Assembly (NCBI GenBank): GCA_044351795.1
Contig: JBILFA010000003.1
Coordinates: 2,275 to 66,274, forward strand
DNA from: Bdellovibrionota bacterium
Lineage (GTDB): Bacteria; Bdellovibrionota_C; UBA2361; OMII01
Direction: 5' to 3'
DNA length: 64,000 nt
Each line of letters starts with the position of its first letter. Within the stretch, counting starts at the first letter, position 1. Below the pieces are notes generated by a model. It saw nothing but the letters and a program-made list of their open reading frames with translations. It had not been told where the DNA came from and ran no database searches. Shown here in pieces: positions 37,765 through 47,192 of the stretch. The translations under genes and the position numbers were made by a program.

Positions 37765-38883
37765 ATGGCGCAGGCATTCACCCCAGGTCTTACCGTTTCC
37801 TCGCGCCACACCGTGCAGCGTCGTCGTGAATTGCCGATAACAGGTGAGATATTGGTTTCACAGGGAGATATCGTCTCTCAAGAGCAGATAGTGGCCCGAG
37901 CGTATCTCGAGGGCGAGCTGCGTCTGGTACGAGTCGCCGAGAATCTGGGAATAGCACCTCAGGAGGTTGCTGGCGCCCTTCGAGTCTCTGTTGGGGCTCA
38001 GGTTCATGAGGGCGATGTGCTCGCGGAGGTCAAGGGATTGTGGGGATTGCTGAGGAGCACTGTTGCGGCTCCTATCTCCGGCGCTGTGGAGTTCGTTACG
38101 GATTCTACCGGTCACGTTGGTATACGAGCGGCGCCGCGTAAGCTAGAGCTATCGGCCTATCTCGCTGGTCAGGTAGTCGCAATAGAGGGTGCACGCTCGG
38201 TGGTAATTGAATCGGAGTCAGCTTTTGTCCAGGGGATCTTTGGCGTCGGAGGTGAGAAGATCGGTACGGTGAGGCTGCTCGAAGTGGAGCCAAGGACGGA
38301 GGTCTTGGCGTCTCATGTGCCTGCGACGGCTTCAGGAGCTATTTTGATCGGTGGCCACAGTCCGACCATAGATGCAATTCGTAAGGCGCGTGATGCGGGA
38401 GCGGTCGGGTTTGTTACCGGTTCGATAGATGACCGTACTTTGCGAGAGTATGTCGGCCGTGACATCGGAGTTGCTGTGACTGGCGATGAGAACATTTCAA
38501 TGACCCTCATCGTCACTGAGGGGTTCGGGCCTTTGCCGATGGGGCAGCGTGTGTGGGAGACCCTGCGAGCTATGAATGGGGCTCGCGCATCGCTCAATGG
38601 GGCAACGCAGGTGAGAGCAGGAGCCGTGCGACCTGAGATCTTGTCAGCGGCGAATGAACAGCAAGCCTCAAATGACGGGTCTTCTATCAGGCCTGGTGGA
38701 CTCGAGCGAGGCTCTAGGGTGCGCTTGATCCGCGTTCCTTTTTTTGGGCAGGTCGGAACAGTAGAAGAGTTGCCACACGATTTACAGCAGATCGAAACCG
38801 GTGCTTGGTCCCGAGTTCTCAAGGCGAAACTCGATGACGGGCGCTCTGTCGTGGTTCCTCGAGCAAACGTGGAGTTGCTGTAA
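37765..38883 (+). CDS. hypothetical protein with barrel-sandwich-hybrid-like N-terminus and KOW-like C-terminus
   Basis: 372 aa. 'GEILVSQGDIVSQEQIVA ... VSVGAQVHEGDVLAEV ... APISGAVEF' resembles lipoyl/biotinyl-type hybrid barrels. The C-terminal 'GSRVRLIRVPFFGQVGTVEEL' is KOW-like. Confidence 0.5.
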   Translation: MAQAFTPGLTVSSRHTVQRRRELPITGEILVSQGDIVSQEQIVARAYLEGELRLVRVAENLGIAPQEVAGALRVSVGAQVHEGDVLAEVKGLWGLLRSTVAAPISGAVEFVTDSTGHVGIRAAPRKLELSAYLAGQVVAIEGARSVVIESESAFVQGIFGVGGEKIGTVRLLEVEPRTEVLASHVPATASGAILIGGHSPTIDAIRKARDAGAVGFVTGSIDDRTLREYVGRDIGVAVTGDENISMTLIVTEGFGPLPMGQRVWETLRAMNGARASLNGATQVRAGAVRPEILSAANEQQASNDGSSIRPGGLERGSRVRLIRVPFFGQVGTVEELPHDLQQIETGAWSRVLKAKLDDGRSVVVPRANVELL

Positions 38884-39240
38884 GCTGCTGGCTTGCCGGT
38901 TCGGAGGTTTTACTGCAGAGAACAGGGAGAAATAAGCATCGTGGCAGATAGAAGTTTCACTCGAAGGGATAAAGTATTCTGTCGATCTATTGTGTGAATG
39001 TGGCATACGAGTAAATAAAATACGGCGAAGATAGTCGGACACGGAAGAACTTAGTTGTTTGCCAAACGAGTAGCTAAGGAGCACCTCGATTTGGTGTGTA
39101 AGTTCTTTGTGGGCTTTACAATTGAAGCGATGACACCAGACTTAGCAGAATACGAACGGCCGTAATGCAGAGAGCAGAAAGCTATTCACTTAACATGGTA
39201 GGCAGAAGTGCAGCCTAACGCTCGCCTACCCATCTTGTCG

Positions 39241-40602
39241 CTATCGAAAAAACTCTTCGTGCAAGGCTCTCACGCTCGGCTCACACGCGGCATCGTCGAC
39301 AATAATACTCAAGTTGATCTTGAGGTCCCCGAACGAGATCAGGTTTACCTTGATCCCTGCGCGGTGGAGTGCCGCAAACGTGCGTGGCAGCAGATCGTCG
39401 CAAGCGGCGATCTCGGTACCGACCACGCTTACAATCGCCTGTGAGGAGGATACTGAGACATCCCCGAGAATCGCGAGGTCCTCTTTAAGCGCAGGCGAAT
39501 ACTTCGAGCCGTCGTCCATAGTGAACGAAATACTAACCTCGGATGTTGCGATGAGATCGATGCTTACATGGTGTCGAGCCAGGATCTCTCCGAGTTGCCC
39601 TAGGAATCCGTGCGACATGAGCATGCGCGGCGTCGTAAGGCGCACTACGGTGATATCCTTCTTATAGGCGATTGATTTAAAGGGGTTTTCAGAGGAGGAG
39701 TGTCCTACCTCGATGAGAGTGCCTTTGCAGTCGGGGTTGAAGGTGTTGAGGATCCGCATAGGGATCTTCGAGTTGACGGCTGGGCGAACGCTAAAAGGAT
39801 GGAGCACCTTCGCGCCGAACTGCGAAAGCTCTGCCATCTCGTCATAAGAGATCCGCTCCAAAATGAAAGCTTTCGAAACGACCTTGGGATTAGCAGAAAG
39901 CACACCATCGACATCGGTCCAGATCTGAACTTCCGACGCACCGAGTGCACTGCCGATAAGGCTAGCGGAGTAATCCGAGTATCCGCGACCAACGGACTTG
40001 ATGATGCCAAGAGCTGTGTCACCGAAGTATCCAGGCACTATCGGCACATGTCCATGGTTTACCTGTTGTAGTTTCTCTCGGAAGAGGACCTCTATCTTGT
40101 CCCAATATTCGTCCGAGTCGTAGCGTAGGCTCGAGGGAACCATGTGCGCGGTATCGACGTACTCAGCGGGCAAGCCGAGCGAGTTGAGGGCAGCCACGAG
40201 CAGGTGTGCAGATAGGATCTCTCCTACCGCTATGATGGCGTCCTGGGAGCGTATCGGCAGATCCTGGATGATCCCGATGGCTGAGAGCAGGTTGGCAAGC
40301 TGCTGTAATTCCCTGTCGAGAGCCACTTCAAATTTGCTGCGCGCGGCGGTTGCGATGGCAGGCGAGTTGATGACCGCCAGATGTTTCTCACGAATTGCTT
40401 TTAGCATCTCATGGTCAACGATTTGCTCGGATGCAGCGCGGCTTGCAGCTTCCAGGAGCAGGCTCGTAACGCCGCTCATCGCACTCACCACCACAACAGG
40501 ATGAGAGTTGTCAGTCAGGGCGCTTCGTACGACAGGACACACCTGCTCGAGAATACTCTTGGCCGAGCCCATCGAGGTTCCGCCGAATTTCTGAATAATC
40601 AT
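39241..40602 (-). CDS. lysC: aspartate kinase
   Basis: 453 aa from the ATG at 40602. 'MIIQKFGGTSMGS' (KFGGTS). The kinase core contains 'VVVVSAMSGVT'. The C-terminal region has the length and position of tandem ACT domains. Confidence 0.9.
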   Translation of the reverse strand: MIIQKFGGTSMGSAKSILEQVCPVVRSALTDNSHPVVVVSAMSGVTSLLLEAASRAASEQIVDHEMLKAIREKHLAVINSPAIATAARSKFEVALDRELQQLANLLSAIGIIQDLPIRSQDAIIAVGEILSAHLLVAALNSLGLPAEYVDTAHMVPSSLRYDSDEYWDKIEVLFREKLQQVNHGHVPIVPGYFGDTALGIIKSVGRGYSDYSASLIGSALGASEVQIWTDVDGVLSANPKVVSKAFILERISYDEMAELSQFGAKVLHPFSVRPAVNSKIPMRILNTFNPDCKGTLIEVGHSSSENPFKSIAYKKDITVVRLTTPRMLMSHGFLGQLGEILARHHVSIDLIATSEVSISFTMDDGSKYSPALKEDLAILGDVSVSSSQAIVSVVGTEIAACDDLLPRTFAALHRAGIKVNLISFGDLKINLSIIVDDAACEPSVRALHEEFFR

Positions 40603-40725
40603 ACAACTTGCTCCGTAATAGTTGTTGTATAGCATGAAAAAGGGGCATGATTGGAAGGGGACAGGAGCATAGAGCCTTCGTTTTCCCGGAATCGCTTCAG
40701 AAAAGGCCACAGACATCTTATAAAT

Positions 40726-41715
40726 ATGCACAGTGTCGAGCCGAAAAGTTCCCTCCCTTCGAATTGGAAGATCCTATCCTTCATTGGAGTCGCGTTAGCG
40801 CTTGCAACGATGCTTGCCATCAGGGACCTGTCTCGGGAAGAGCTCCCGCTAGTAGAGCTGCCGCCTGAAGTGCTCAGGCTTCAGGGGATGAACGGTAATG
40901 CGGCCGGCGTGCTCGAGGTTCCTCTGATTAGATACGAAGGGATCGATGGTGGCGGAGCGCCGGGCGTAAAGCTCGATTTCATCGGAGCGGTACATATTGG
41001 AGACGAGTCGTACTACCGCGAGCTGAACCGTCGCTTCGAGGGTTATGAGGGTGTGCTCTATGAGCTCGTGGCAGAGCCAGCACGCATCAGAGAGCTAAAC
41101 AAGCAGGACGCATCGTCTGGATTAGGATGGGTTCAAAAACGGCTATCTGATCTGATGGGCTTGTCGTTTCAGTTGGAATTAATCGACTACCACGCTCCTA
41201 ATCTGGTTCATGCCGACCTCTCCCCCACGCAGCTCCACGCAGCTATGAAAGCGCGAGGAGAGAGCGTTTTTGAGTTGCTCTGGAAGATGCTGACTGTGCC
41301 GATGGATCCGAAGTTTAAGCAGAGAGCTAAGGAGATTGAAGGCTCATCGGAGTCGCTCAAGGGGCTCAACCCGCTCGTGGTGCTGCTACGCGGACCGACG
41401 GACCGCGAGAAGCTCCTGATAAAGCGCTTCATGGCTCGCGGTATGCTCGGGTCGGAATCGTTCATCAAAACGATGGAGGGAGACCACGGGATCGCATTGA
41501 TCCAAGATAGAAATAAGGCCGTTGTCGAGGCTGTACATCGCGAGGTTGGAGCCGGCAAGAGACACCTGGCGATCTTTTACGGTGCAGGGCATCTTACCGA
41601 CCTGCACGAGCGATTGAGTAAGGATCTCGGGTTTCGAATCGTTGCCGTGGAGTGGCTTCCAGCCTGGAGAATACCGGCGCTCGATCATCCTGCGAGTTCC
41701 GATTCCAACCGATAG
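40726..41715 (+). CDS. TraB/GumN-family protein
   Basis: N-terminal TM/signal 'ILSFIGVALALATMLAI'. 'LDFIGAVHIGDESYY' and the C-terminal 'QDRNKAVVEAV...AIFYGAGHLTDL' match the TraB/GumN GxxH...RN...GxxH pattern. Confidence 0.6.
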   Translation: MHSVEPKSSLPSNWKILSFIGVALALATMLAIRDLSREELPLVELPPEVLRLQGMNGNAAGVLEVPLIRYEGIDGGGAPGVKLDFIGAVHIGDESYYRELNRRFEGYEGVLYELVAEPARIRELNKQDASSGLGWVQKRLSDLMGLSFQLELIDYHAPNLVHADLSPTQLHAAMKARGESVFELLWKMLTVPMDPKFKQRAKEIEGSSESLKGLNPLVVLLRGPTDREKLLIKRFMARGMLGSESFIKTMEGDHGIALIQDRNKAVVEAVHREVGAGKRHLAIFYGAGHLTDLHERLSKDLGFRIVAVEWLPAWRIPALDHPASSDSNR

Positions 41716-41798
41716 TTTCGACCTTCTTCAGAGCGGAGAGAAGGAAAGTGCAAGGGCAGTGATTGAAATCGACCAAGGGGCGCGCTAGAACACGGGTT

Positions 41799-42599
41799 AT
41801 GGGAACGGCTATCAAAGGGTCTATTGGGTTGTTTGACAGTGGATTGGGAGGCTTGACTGTACTGCGGGAGCTTCACCGTAGCCTTCCTTCCCAGAGCTAT
41901 GTCTATCTTGGAGATAGCGCGCGCACTCCTTACGGCACTAAGGGTAAAGAAACAATTATCCGTTATGCTCGTGAATGTGCCGGTTTTCTGTTGGAGCAGC
42001 AGATCGGCATCCTCGTTGTCGCATGCAACACCGCGTCGGCCGCAGCGCTCTCTGTGCTCGAAGCCGAACTCCCTATTCCTGTCATCGGTACGATTGAACC
42101 GGCGGTTCGAGCCGCGCTCGAGTCGACCCGTGGCGGAAGGATCGGCGTTGTAGGGACCAACTCTACGGTGTCCAGCGGGGTGTATGAGCAGGCGCTCTTG
42201 CGGCACGACAGCGATTTGACAGTTGTGTCGCAGCCTTGTCCGCTCTTCGTTCCTCTTGTCGAAGCAGGGATGGTGTCAGGAGAGATAGTCGATAAATTCG
42301 TAGAGATGTACTTCGCGCCGTTCAAGGAGAGCGGGGTCGACACCGTGATTTTGGGGTGCACCCACTATCCGCTGCTACTTGAGTCGATTCAAGCATACCT
42401 CGGCCCTAAAGTCGCCGTAGTAGAGTGCTCGCGGGCGATAGCTCGTGACGTAGAGGATCTCCTTGGCAAGCAGAGTGAGGGAGTAGTCTCTCTCGAAACT
42501 AAGTATTTCGTGACCGACGAGGTAAGTAAGTTCAACTACCTTGCGACAGCTTTTCTTGGGAAACGAGAGGTTCAGGCCGTACGTATCGAAAGCTTGTAA
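41799..42599 (+). CDS. murI: glutamate racemase
   Basis: 'IGLFDSGLGGLTVL', 'YLGDSARTPYG', 'VVACNTASA' and 'ILGCTHYPLL'. Both catalytic Cys contexts are present. Confidence 0.9.
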   Translation: MGTAIKGSIGLFDSGLGGLTVLRELHRSLPSQSYVYLGDSARTPYGTKGKETIIRYARECAGFLLEQQIGILVVACNTASAAALSVLEAELPIPVIGTIEPAVRAALESTRGGRIGVVGTNSTVSSGVYEQALLRHDSDLTVVSQPCPLFVPLVEAGMVSGEIVDKFVEMYFAPFKESGVDTVILGCTHYPLLLESIQAYLGPKVAVVECSRAIARDVEDLLGKQSEGVVSLETKYFVTDEVSKFNYLATAFLGKREVQAVRIESL

Positions 42600-42620
42600 G
42601 GCACCGAATTAGGGCTTTGT

Positions 42621-44897
42621 ATGGTTGTTCGCGTCTATCGCATTCTCAAGTATCTCATCTTAACTCTCGTAGTGCTCATCCTTGGAGCCGTTATGGTCTT
42701 GTGGCTTCAAGGAGATGCACTCGTTCGGCGTTACACCCCTGAGGTAGAAGCTGAATTGGGCAGACACCTACGGGCGCATGTGCGCATATCGGATCTCAAA
42801 ATTGATCTGCTCCCGAGCTTAGGGGCTATTGCCAATGGAGTGACTATAGTGCCCTTGGGCAGTTGCAGTGAAGTAACAGCGAACTCAGCTGAGTTACGCG
42901 TCGATCCACGAGCGCTCTTGTCCGGTCGATACGTCATCAACTCTCTGGCATTTTCGGGCATCACGGCAGACATGGCCTTGATTGACGGAGTGTTGAGCTT
43001 GCGGACCGATCCTGGTGCGGAATGTATCAAGCAAGGAGCTGAGTCTGCACAAGCGTCTCGGCAGACACAAAACGAGGAATCGCGTTCTGCGAAAGAGGAG
43101 CAGGACGCGGAAACATTCTCATTGGAATTAAAGGATTTCGCTGTGCGCGATGCACAGATCGTCCTACGAACTTCCCGACTGCATCACGTGCACGTTTCTC
43201 GGCTTGTCGGAGCTGCAGCGCTCGCGGAGGGTGTGCTGCTGCTGCAGCAGCCTGATGTAAGGGCCGAGGTAGACGGGTTCCCTATCAACCTCTTGGCTCG
43301 ATCTATTCGTGCTGATTTTGTTCAATCTATTCTCGAGGTGAGCGAGGCGGGACTTTCGGTTAATGGTCAAAGTGCCGCCTTTTCCGGACGATATGGACCG
43401 GGATCTCAGCTAAGCGATGGAAAGCTCAAAACCTCCTCGTTTTATATGCATAAGCTCGTAGGTGTGGCGCGAGCGATCGGGTTCGATCTTTCGATGATTC
43501 GCTCGGGTGAGGTGAGTTTGTCGAGTGAGGTCTCCTACTCGAGCTCTGGTGAGCTTTCCATCCGCACTGCTGATCTGCAAGTAAAAAATTTGAGTATTGT
43601 AGGTCAGGAGAGCTCGTATCAAGCTTCTTTGATTCGTGGCCCGGTGCAGTGTGTCATCACTAAACAGCGGACAGACTGCAGCGCTGATCTAATGCTTGGC
43701 GGATTCGGCTTTATGAGCGGCGATGTCGAGGTTTCGAACGTCTCGGCGCATCTCGAGAGATTCAAGACAACGATTCCGTCGCGAGGAGACGTCAAGGCAT
43801 CAGGACTACTGACGGGCTCATCTCTTCACCTCAAGAGCCCCACGGTTGAAGTTAAACGCATAGGATCTGTGTCGGCACCTTTGGAGGTTTCAATCCCTGC
43901 GAAAGGGGGATACTCCGTGCAGGGTGACGTGACCGGCAGGGGTGTAGAGCTACAGGTTCAGGATAGAGAGTTTTCGGAAGTCGGCGGGGTGGTGAAGATG
44001 TCACTCACTGCGGCAGGAGATTCTTTCAAGACGTCTGCTCTCTCTGCGAACGTCACGGGACATCCGGTGTCACTTGAAGGCTTGGTTACGATATCGCCGA
44101 GCAGCTATTCGTTCCGAGATATGAAGGCGAACGTTGCAGGCGGGGAGATTGCGCTTGCAGGCGATGTTCAACGAACAGCAGATCGTCCTTTCTCTGCTCG
44201 GTTAACAGTGAACAACGCCGTGGTTTCTACCTTAGCGACGCTCATACTGGCGCGACAGGAAAATCCTTTCGATGGTCAGATCCGTAGTTTGAACGTCTCC
44301 CTCAAGGGCCTAATAAGATCGCTGCCGCGCTCCTTGAGCGGAGAGGGGGATTTCAAACTGATGTCGACGCGCATTCGAGGGTTTGATCTCACGCGTGCGC
44401 TTGCCGATGCTCTCAGCTCGATACCGATAGCAAATCTGACGTTGTCGAAGGAGAAGCTTACAGATGACGGCCTCGATAAAATGGCAGAGGGGATCTTCAC
44501 CATCACCGAAGAGAAGCTCAACTTCTCCTCCCTTACGTTTTATCGACAGCAGTATACTTTACAGGCAATCGGCTCGTATTCATTCTCCAAGGTGGTAGAC
44601 CTGAGGGGATCTGTCACTTTTATGAAGCAAACGTTGAGTGGACTCGGGGGCGGATTTGAGCAGCTCGGTTCGCTACTAGGGAGGGTCGGAAAGGTGGAGA
44701 TTCCGATTTTCATACGGGGGCAGGTGCCGAATCTCTCCGTTGTTCCTGACGTAGTCAACCTGGTAAAGGACAATTCAGGAGTGACCTTGGCGGGAGAAGT
44801 TCTGGGAACCACTCTCAATGCCGGGCGTTCCGTCGCTGACTTCGTGTTGAGCCCCTTCGAATCCCGTCGAAATAAACAGGATTCTCCCAAGGAATGA
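42621..44897 (+). CDS. AsmA-family outer-membrane biogenesis protein
   Basis: 758 aa. A single N-terminal TM helix is followed by a long beta-rich repetitive body. The N-terminal 'EAELGRHLRAHVRISDLKIDLLPSLGAI' is AsmA-like. Confidence 0.65.
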   Translation: MVVRVYRILKYLILTLVVLILGAVMVLWLQGDALVRRYTPEVEAELGRHLRAHVRISDLKIDLLPSLGAIANGVTIVPLGSCSEVTANSAELRVDPRALLSGRYVINSLAFSGITADMALIDGVLSLRTDPGAECIKQGAESAQASRQTQNEESRSAKEEQDAETFSLELKDFAVRDAQIVLRTSRLHHVHVSRLVGAAALAEGVLLLQQPDVRAEVDGFPINLLARSIRADFVQSILEVSEAGLSVNGQSAAFSGRYGPGSQLSDGKLKTSSFYMHKLVGVARAIGFDLSMIRSGEVSLSSEVSYSSSGELSIRTADLQVKNLSIVGQESSYQASLIRGPVQCVITKQRTDCSADLMLGGFGFMSGDVEVSNVSAHLERFKTTIPSRGDVKASGLLTGSSLHLKSPTVEVKRIGSVSAPLEVSIPAKGGYSVQGDVTGRGVELQVQDREFSEVGGVVKMSLTAAGDSFKTSALSANVTGHPVSLEGLVTISPSSYSFRDMKANVAGGEIALAGDVQRTADRPFSARLTVNNAVVSTLATLILARQENPFDGQIRSLNVSLKGLIRSLPRSLSGEGDFKLMSTRIRGFDLTRALADALSSIPIANLTLSKEKLTDDGLDKMAEGIFTITEEKLNFSSLTFYRQQYTLQAIGSYSFSKVVDLRGSVTFMKQTLSGLGGGFEQLGSLLGRVGKVEIPIFIRGQVPNLSVVPDVVNLVKDNSGVTLAGEVLGTTLNAGRSVADFVLSPFESRRNKQDSPKE

Positions 44898-44974
44898 ACT
44901 CGAGAACCCCTATTTCCCTTATGCACGCGGCCCAACTGCTCTTAAGGAGCCCGCAACGATAGTCGCTCTAAGCT

Positions 44975-46165
44975 TCAAGCCTTCTGTTTGTGGAGTGCGC
45001 TTATGAGTAGCATCCAGAGTCTGATACATATAACCCAAACGCAGGCGGCCAGAAGCACTTCGAGCGCTGAGGTAATATCTCCCCCGGATACCGGACACAG
45101 GAAGTCGAGCTTTCGATATCCGCCGGGCCCGATGCAATTCGACAGCTTCAGAGGTTCCCATATTAGCGAGAGGTTGAGTGCAGAGAGTGAGATGACCAAC
45201 GCCAAGGCATACGGCCAGGCTCGCCGGGGCATGAACGGCAGCAGAGGAACGATCCACGAGTAGTACTGAATACCGAATCCCTCGCCAGCGAACAGAACCG
45301 GCAAGGTAGCGCCGAGGATCACGACTGGTGCGTTCGGCTGAGCTACGCGACGAGCGTGCAGTACTGCAAAGATCGCCGTAATTCCTACGAACACCAAAGG
45401 AAGCACTGTGGGTAATCCCGGCACATGCAACGATGGTGGCAATATCCCCCACAAGCCGTAAGAATCCTGTATCCCGCGATACCGAAAAAATAGAACTGAG
45501 AAATAGTTAGAGATAAAAAACCCGGGCGCGAGAAGAGCGAGTGCAGGCACAGCTGCCCCTGCACAGAACAACACCGCTTTTTTGAGATCGTGCGCTACAT
45601 GGCATACCCCCAAGACCCCAAGGGGAAGCAGAGCTGGAATCTTCACGCATGCTGCCAATGCGAGGGCTGCTCCCGAGAGCATCATATTATGGGAAGCCGA
45701 TAAGCCGGCAGACACAAACAGAAACCCAACCACTGGATCCAAGTTACCGTGAAACGATGACTGGATAATGATATAAGGCATCAGACACCACAGTATCCCA
45801 ACCACTAGTGCGCGGGAGGGCTCTTTTCTTGCAAGCCCTCTCCAGATGACAAAAAGAGTCATTATATCAATACAGGTGGTGAACAGCCTGAAAATGAATC
45901 CGAAAGAAGCCTCGCTGCCTCCCAGCCAAACAAAGAGGGCCATCAAGAGAAATCCACCTGGAGCATGAGAAGGGTGGGGGGATATCGTGGCATATGCGCT
46001 CTCAAGGCCGCGCTCACAGACAGTGGCGCCCCAGAAAAATATCTGCGCAATATCAAACGAGCCGCATGGATGGACACACAGCATCACCCGGATCAGCACA
46101 CCGATAACGAGCGCGCAGATGAGGACAGGTTGCAAAAATGACCTCAATTGTCGACCCCCGCTCAT
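44975..46165 (-). CDS. polytopic membrane protein, GT-C/DUF2029-like (tentative)
   Basis: About 11 TM helices. The ATG at 46165 lies 7 nt after AGGAG. It is the last gene of the MoxR operon. The glycosyltransferase assignment rests on topology only. Confidence 0.4.
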   Translation of the reverse strand: MSGGRQLRSFLQPVLICALVIGVLIRVMLCVHPCGSFDIAQIFFWGATVCERGLESAYATISPHPSHAPGGFLLMALFVWLGGSEASFGFIFRLFTTCIDIMTLFVIWRGLARKEPSRALVVGILWCLMPYIIIQSSFHGNLDPVVGFLFVSAGLSASHNMMLSGAALALAACVKIPALLPLGVLGVCHVAHDLKKAVLFCAGAAVPALALLAPGFFISNYFSVLFFRYRGIQDSYGLWGILPPSLHVPGLPTVLPLVFVGITAIFAVLHARRVAQPNAPVVILGATLPVLFAGEGFGIQYYSWIVPLLPFMPRRAWPYALALVISLSALNLSLIWEPLKLSNCIGPGGYRKLDFLCPVSGGDITSALEVLLAACVWVICIRLWMLLISALHKQKA

Positions 46166-46175
46166 CAAGGTTCTC

Positions 46176-47192
46176 CTATCGTAAGCCCTTGCGCACAAGC
46201 GTCTCGATATGAGGCTGCATCAAGAGTTCGAGCGCTTGACGAGCCTCGCCAGCTCCAGCGTGGAACCTTAGCCTGTGAAGGAGCACGAAAGGCGCCATCG
46301 CTCGGAGGTCGTCTTCGTTCGCGAAGTCCCGCCCGCTCACTAATGCCCACGCTTTGACGGCCGTTTGGAGCATCAGGGCGGCACGAGTGGAAGCTCCAAA
46401 CTGGATCAGCGGATTTCCACGGGTTGCTTGAACGATATTGACCATCGCCTCGCGAAGGTTTTGGCTCACATGCACGGCATCGCAGGCCTGCCGTGCTGCG
46501 AGTACGTCGCTACGGGTGCAGACAGGATCGATTGAGACGGATCCCTCTCGAATTGCGGAGTGCTGCTCGAGGATTTCGCATTCGGTCTTTGAATCGACGT
46601 ACGACATCGGTATTTTGAGCAAGAATCGATCGAGTTGGACTTGGGGCAGGGGATATGTTCCCGCAATGTCGAGCGGGTTTTGGGTTCCTAAAACAAAGAA
46701 GAGGTCGTCGAGGGGCCGAGTCTCGTTGTCCATCGTGACCTGCTTCTCGGCCATGCACTCGAGAAAAGCGGCTTGAACTTTAGGTCCGGTGCGATTGATC
46801 TCGTCAGCCAGTACTATGTGGGCAAACACCGGGCCGTGCATGAAGTGAAATTGTCCCGTCTTTGGGTCAAAGATATTAACGCCCAACACATCTCCCGGTA
46901 GCATATCCGGGGTGAATTGAATACGCCGAAAGGGGACGATCGGGTCGCTGCCGCGCGAAGGAAACCGCGATCTTCCTACCTGATCGGGGGCAATGAGGCG
47001 ACCGAGGGTCTTCGAGAGGGTGGTTTTGCCCGAGCCGGGGTAGTCTTCGAGCAGTACGTGCCCGTCTGCGACGAGAGCAGACACCACTAATTTTATCGTG
47101 TCGTTTCTGCCGCGAATGACTCGCTGCAATGAGGTGCATAAAGCATTAACCGTTTCACAAGCTGCTTTGAAGTCTTCAGGTGCCACTGCCAT
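46176..47192 (-). CDS. MoxR-family AAA+ ATPase
   Basis: Walker A 'YPGSGKTT', 'RIQFTPDMLPGDVLG' and Walker B 'IVLADEINRTGPKVQAAFLECMAE'. Confidence 0.9.
   Translation of the reverse strand: MAVAPEDFKAACETVNALCTSLQRVIRGRNDTIKLVVSALVADGHVLLEDYPGSGKTTLSKTLGRLIAPDQVGRSRFPSRGSDPIVPFRRIQFTPDMLPGDVLGVNIFDPKTGQFHFMHGPVFAHIVLADEINRTGPKVQAAFLECMAEKQVTMDNETRPLDDLFFVLGTQNPLDIAGTYPLPQVQLDRFLLKIPMSYVDSKTECEILEQHSAIREGSVSIDPVCTRSDVLAARQACDAVHVSQNLREAMVNIVQATRGNPLIQFGASTRAALMLQTAVKAWALVSGRDFANEDDLRAMAPFVLLHRLRFHAGAGEARQALELLMQPHIETLVRKGLR

Noticed and set aside
38782-39444. ORFs 38782-39084 (-) and 39208-39444 (+) in or near the convergent spacer after the seven-gene cassette
   Set aside because: The first overlaps the end of the cassette's last gene and continues into AT-rich spacer, and it has odd composition. 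The second is antisense to the 3' end of lysC. Neither has supporting features.
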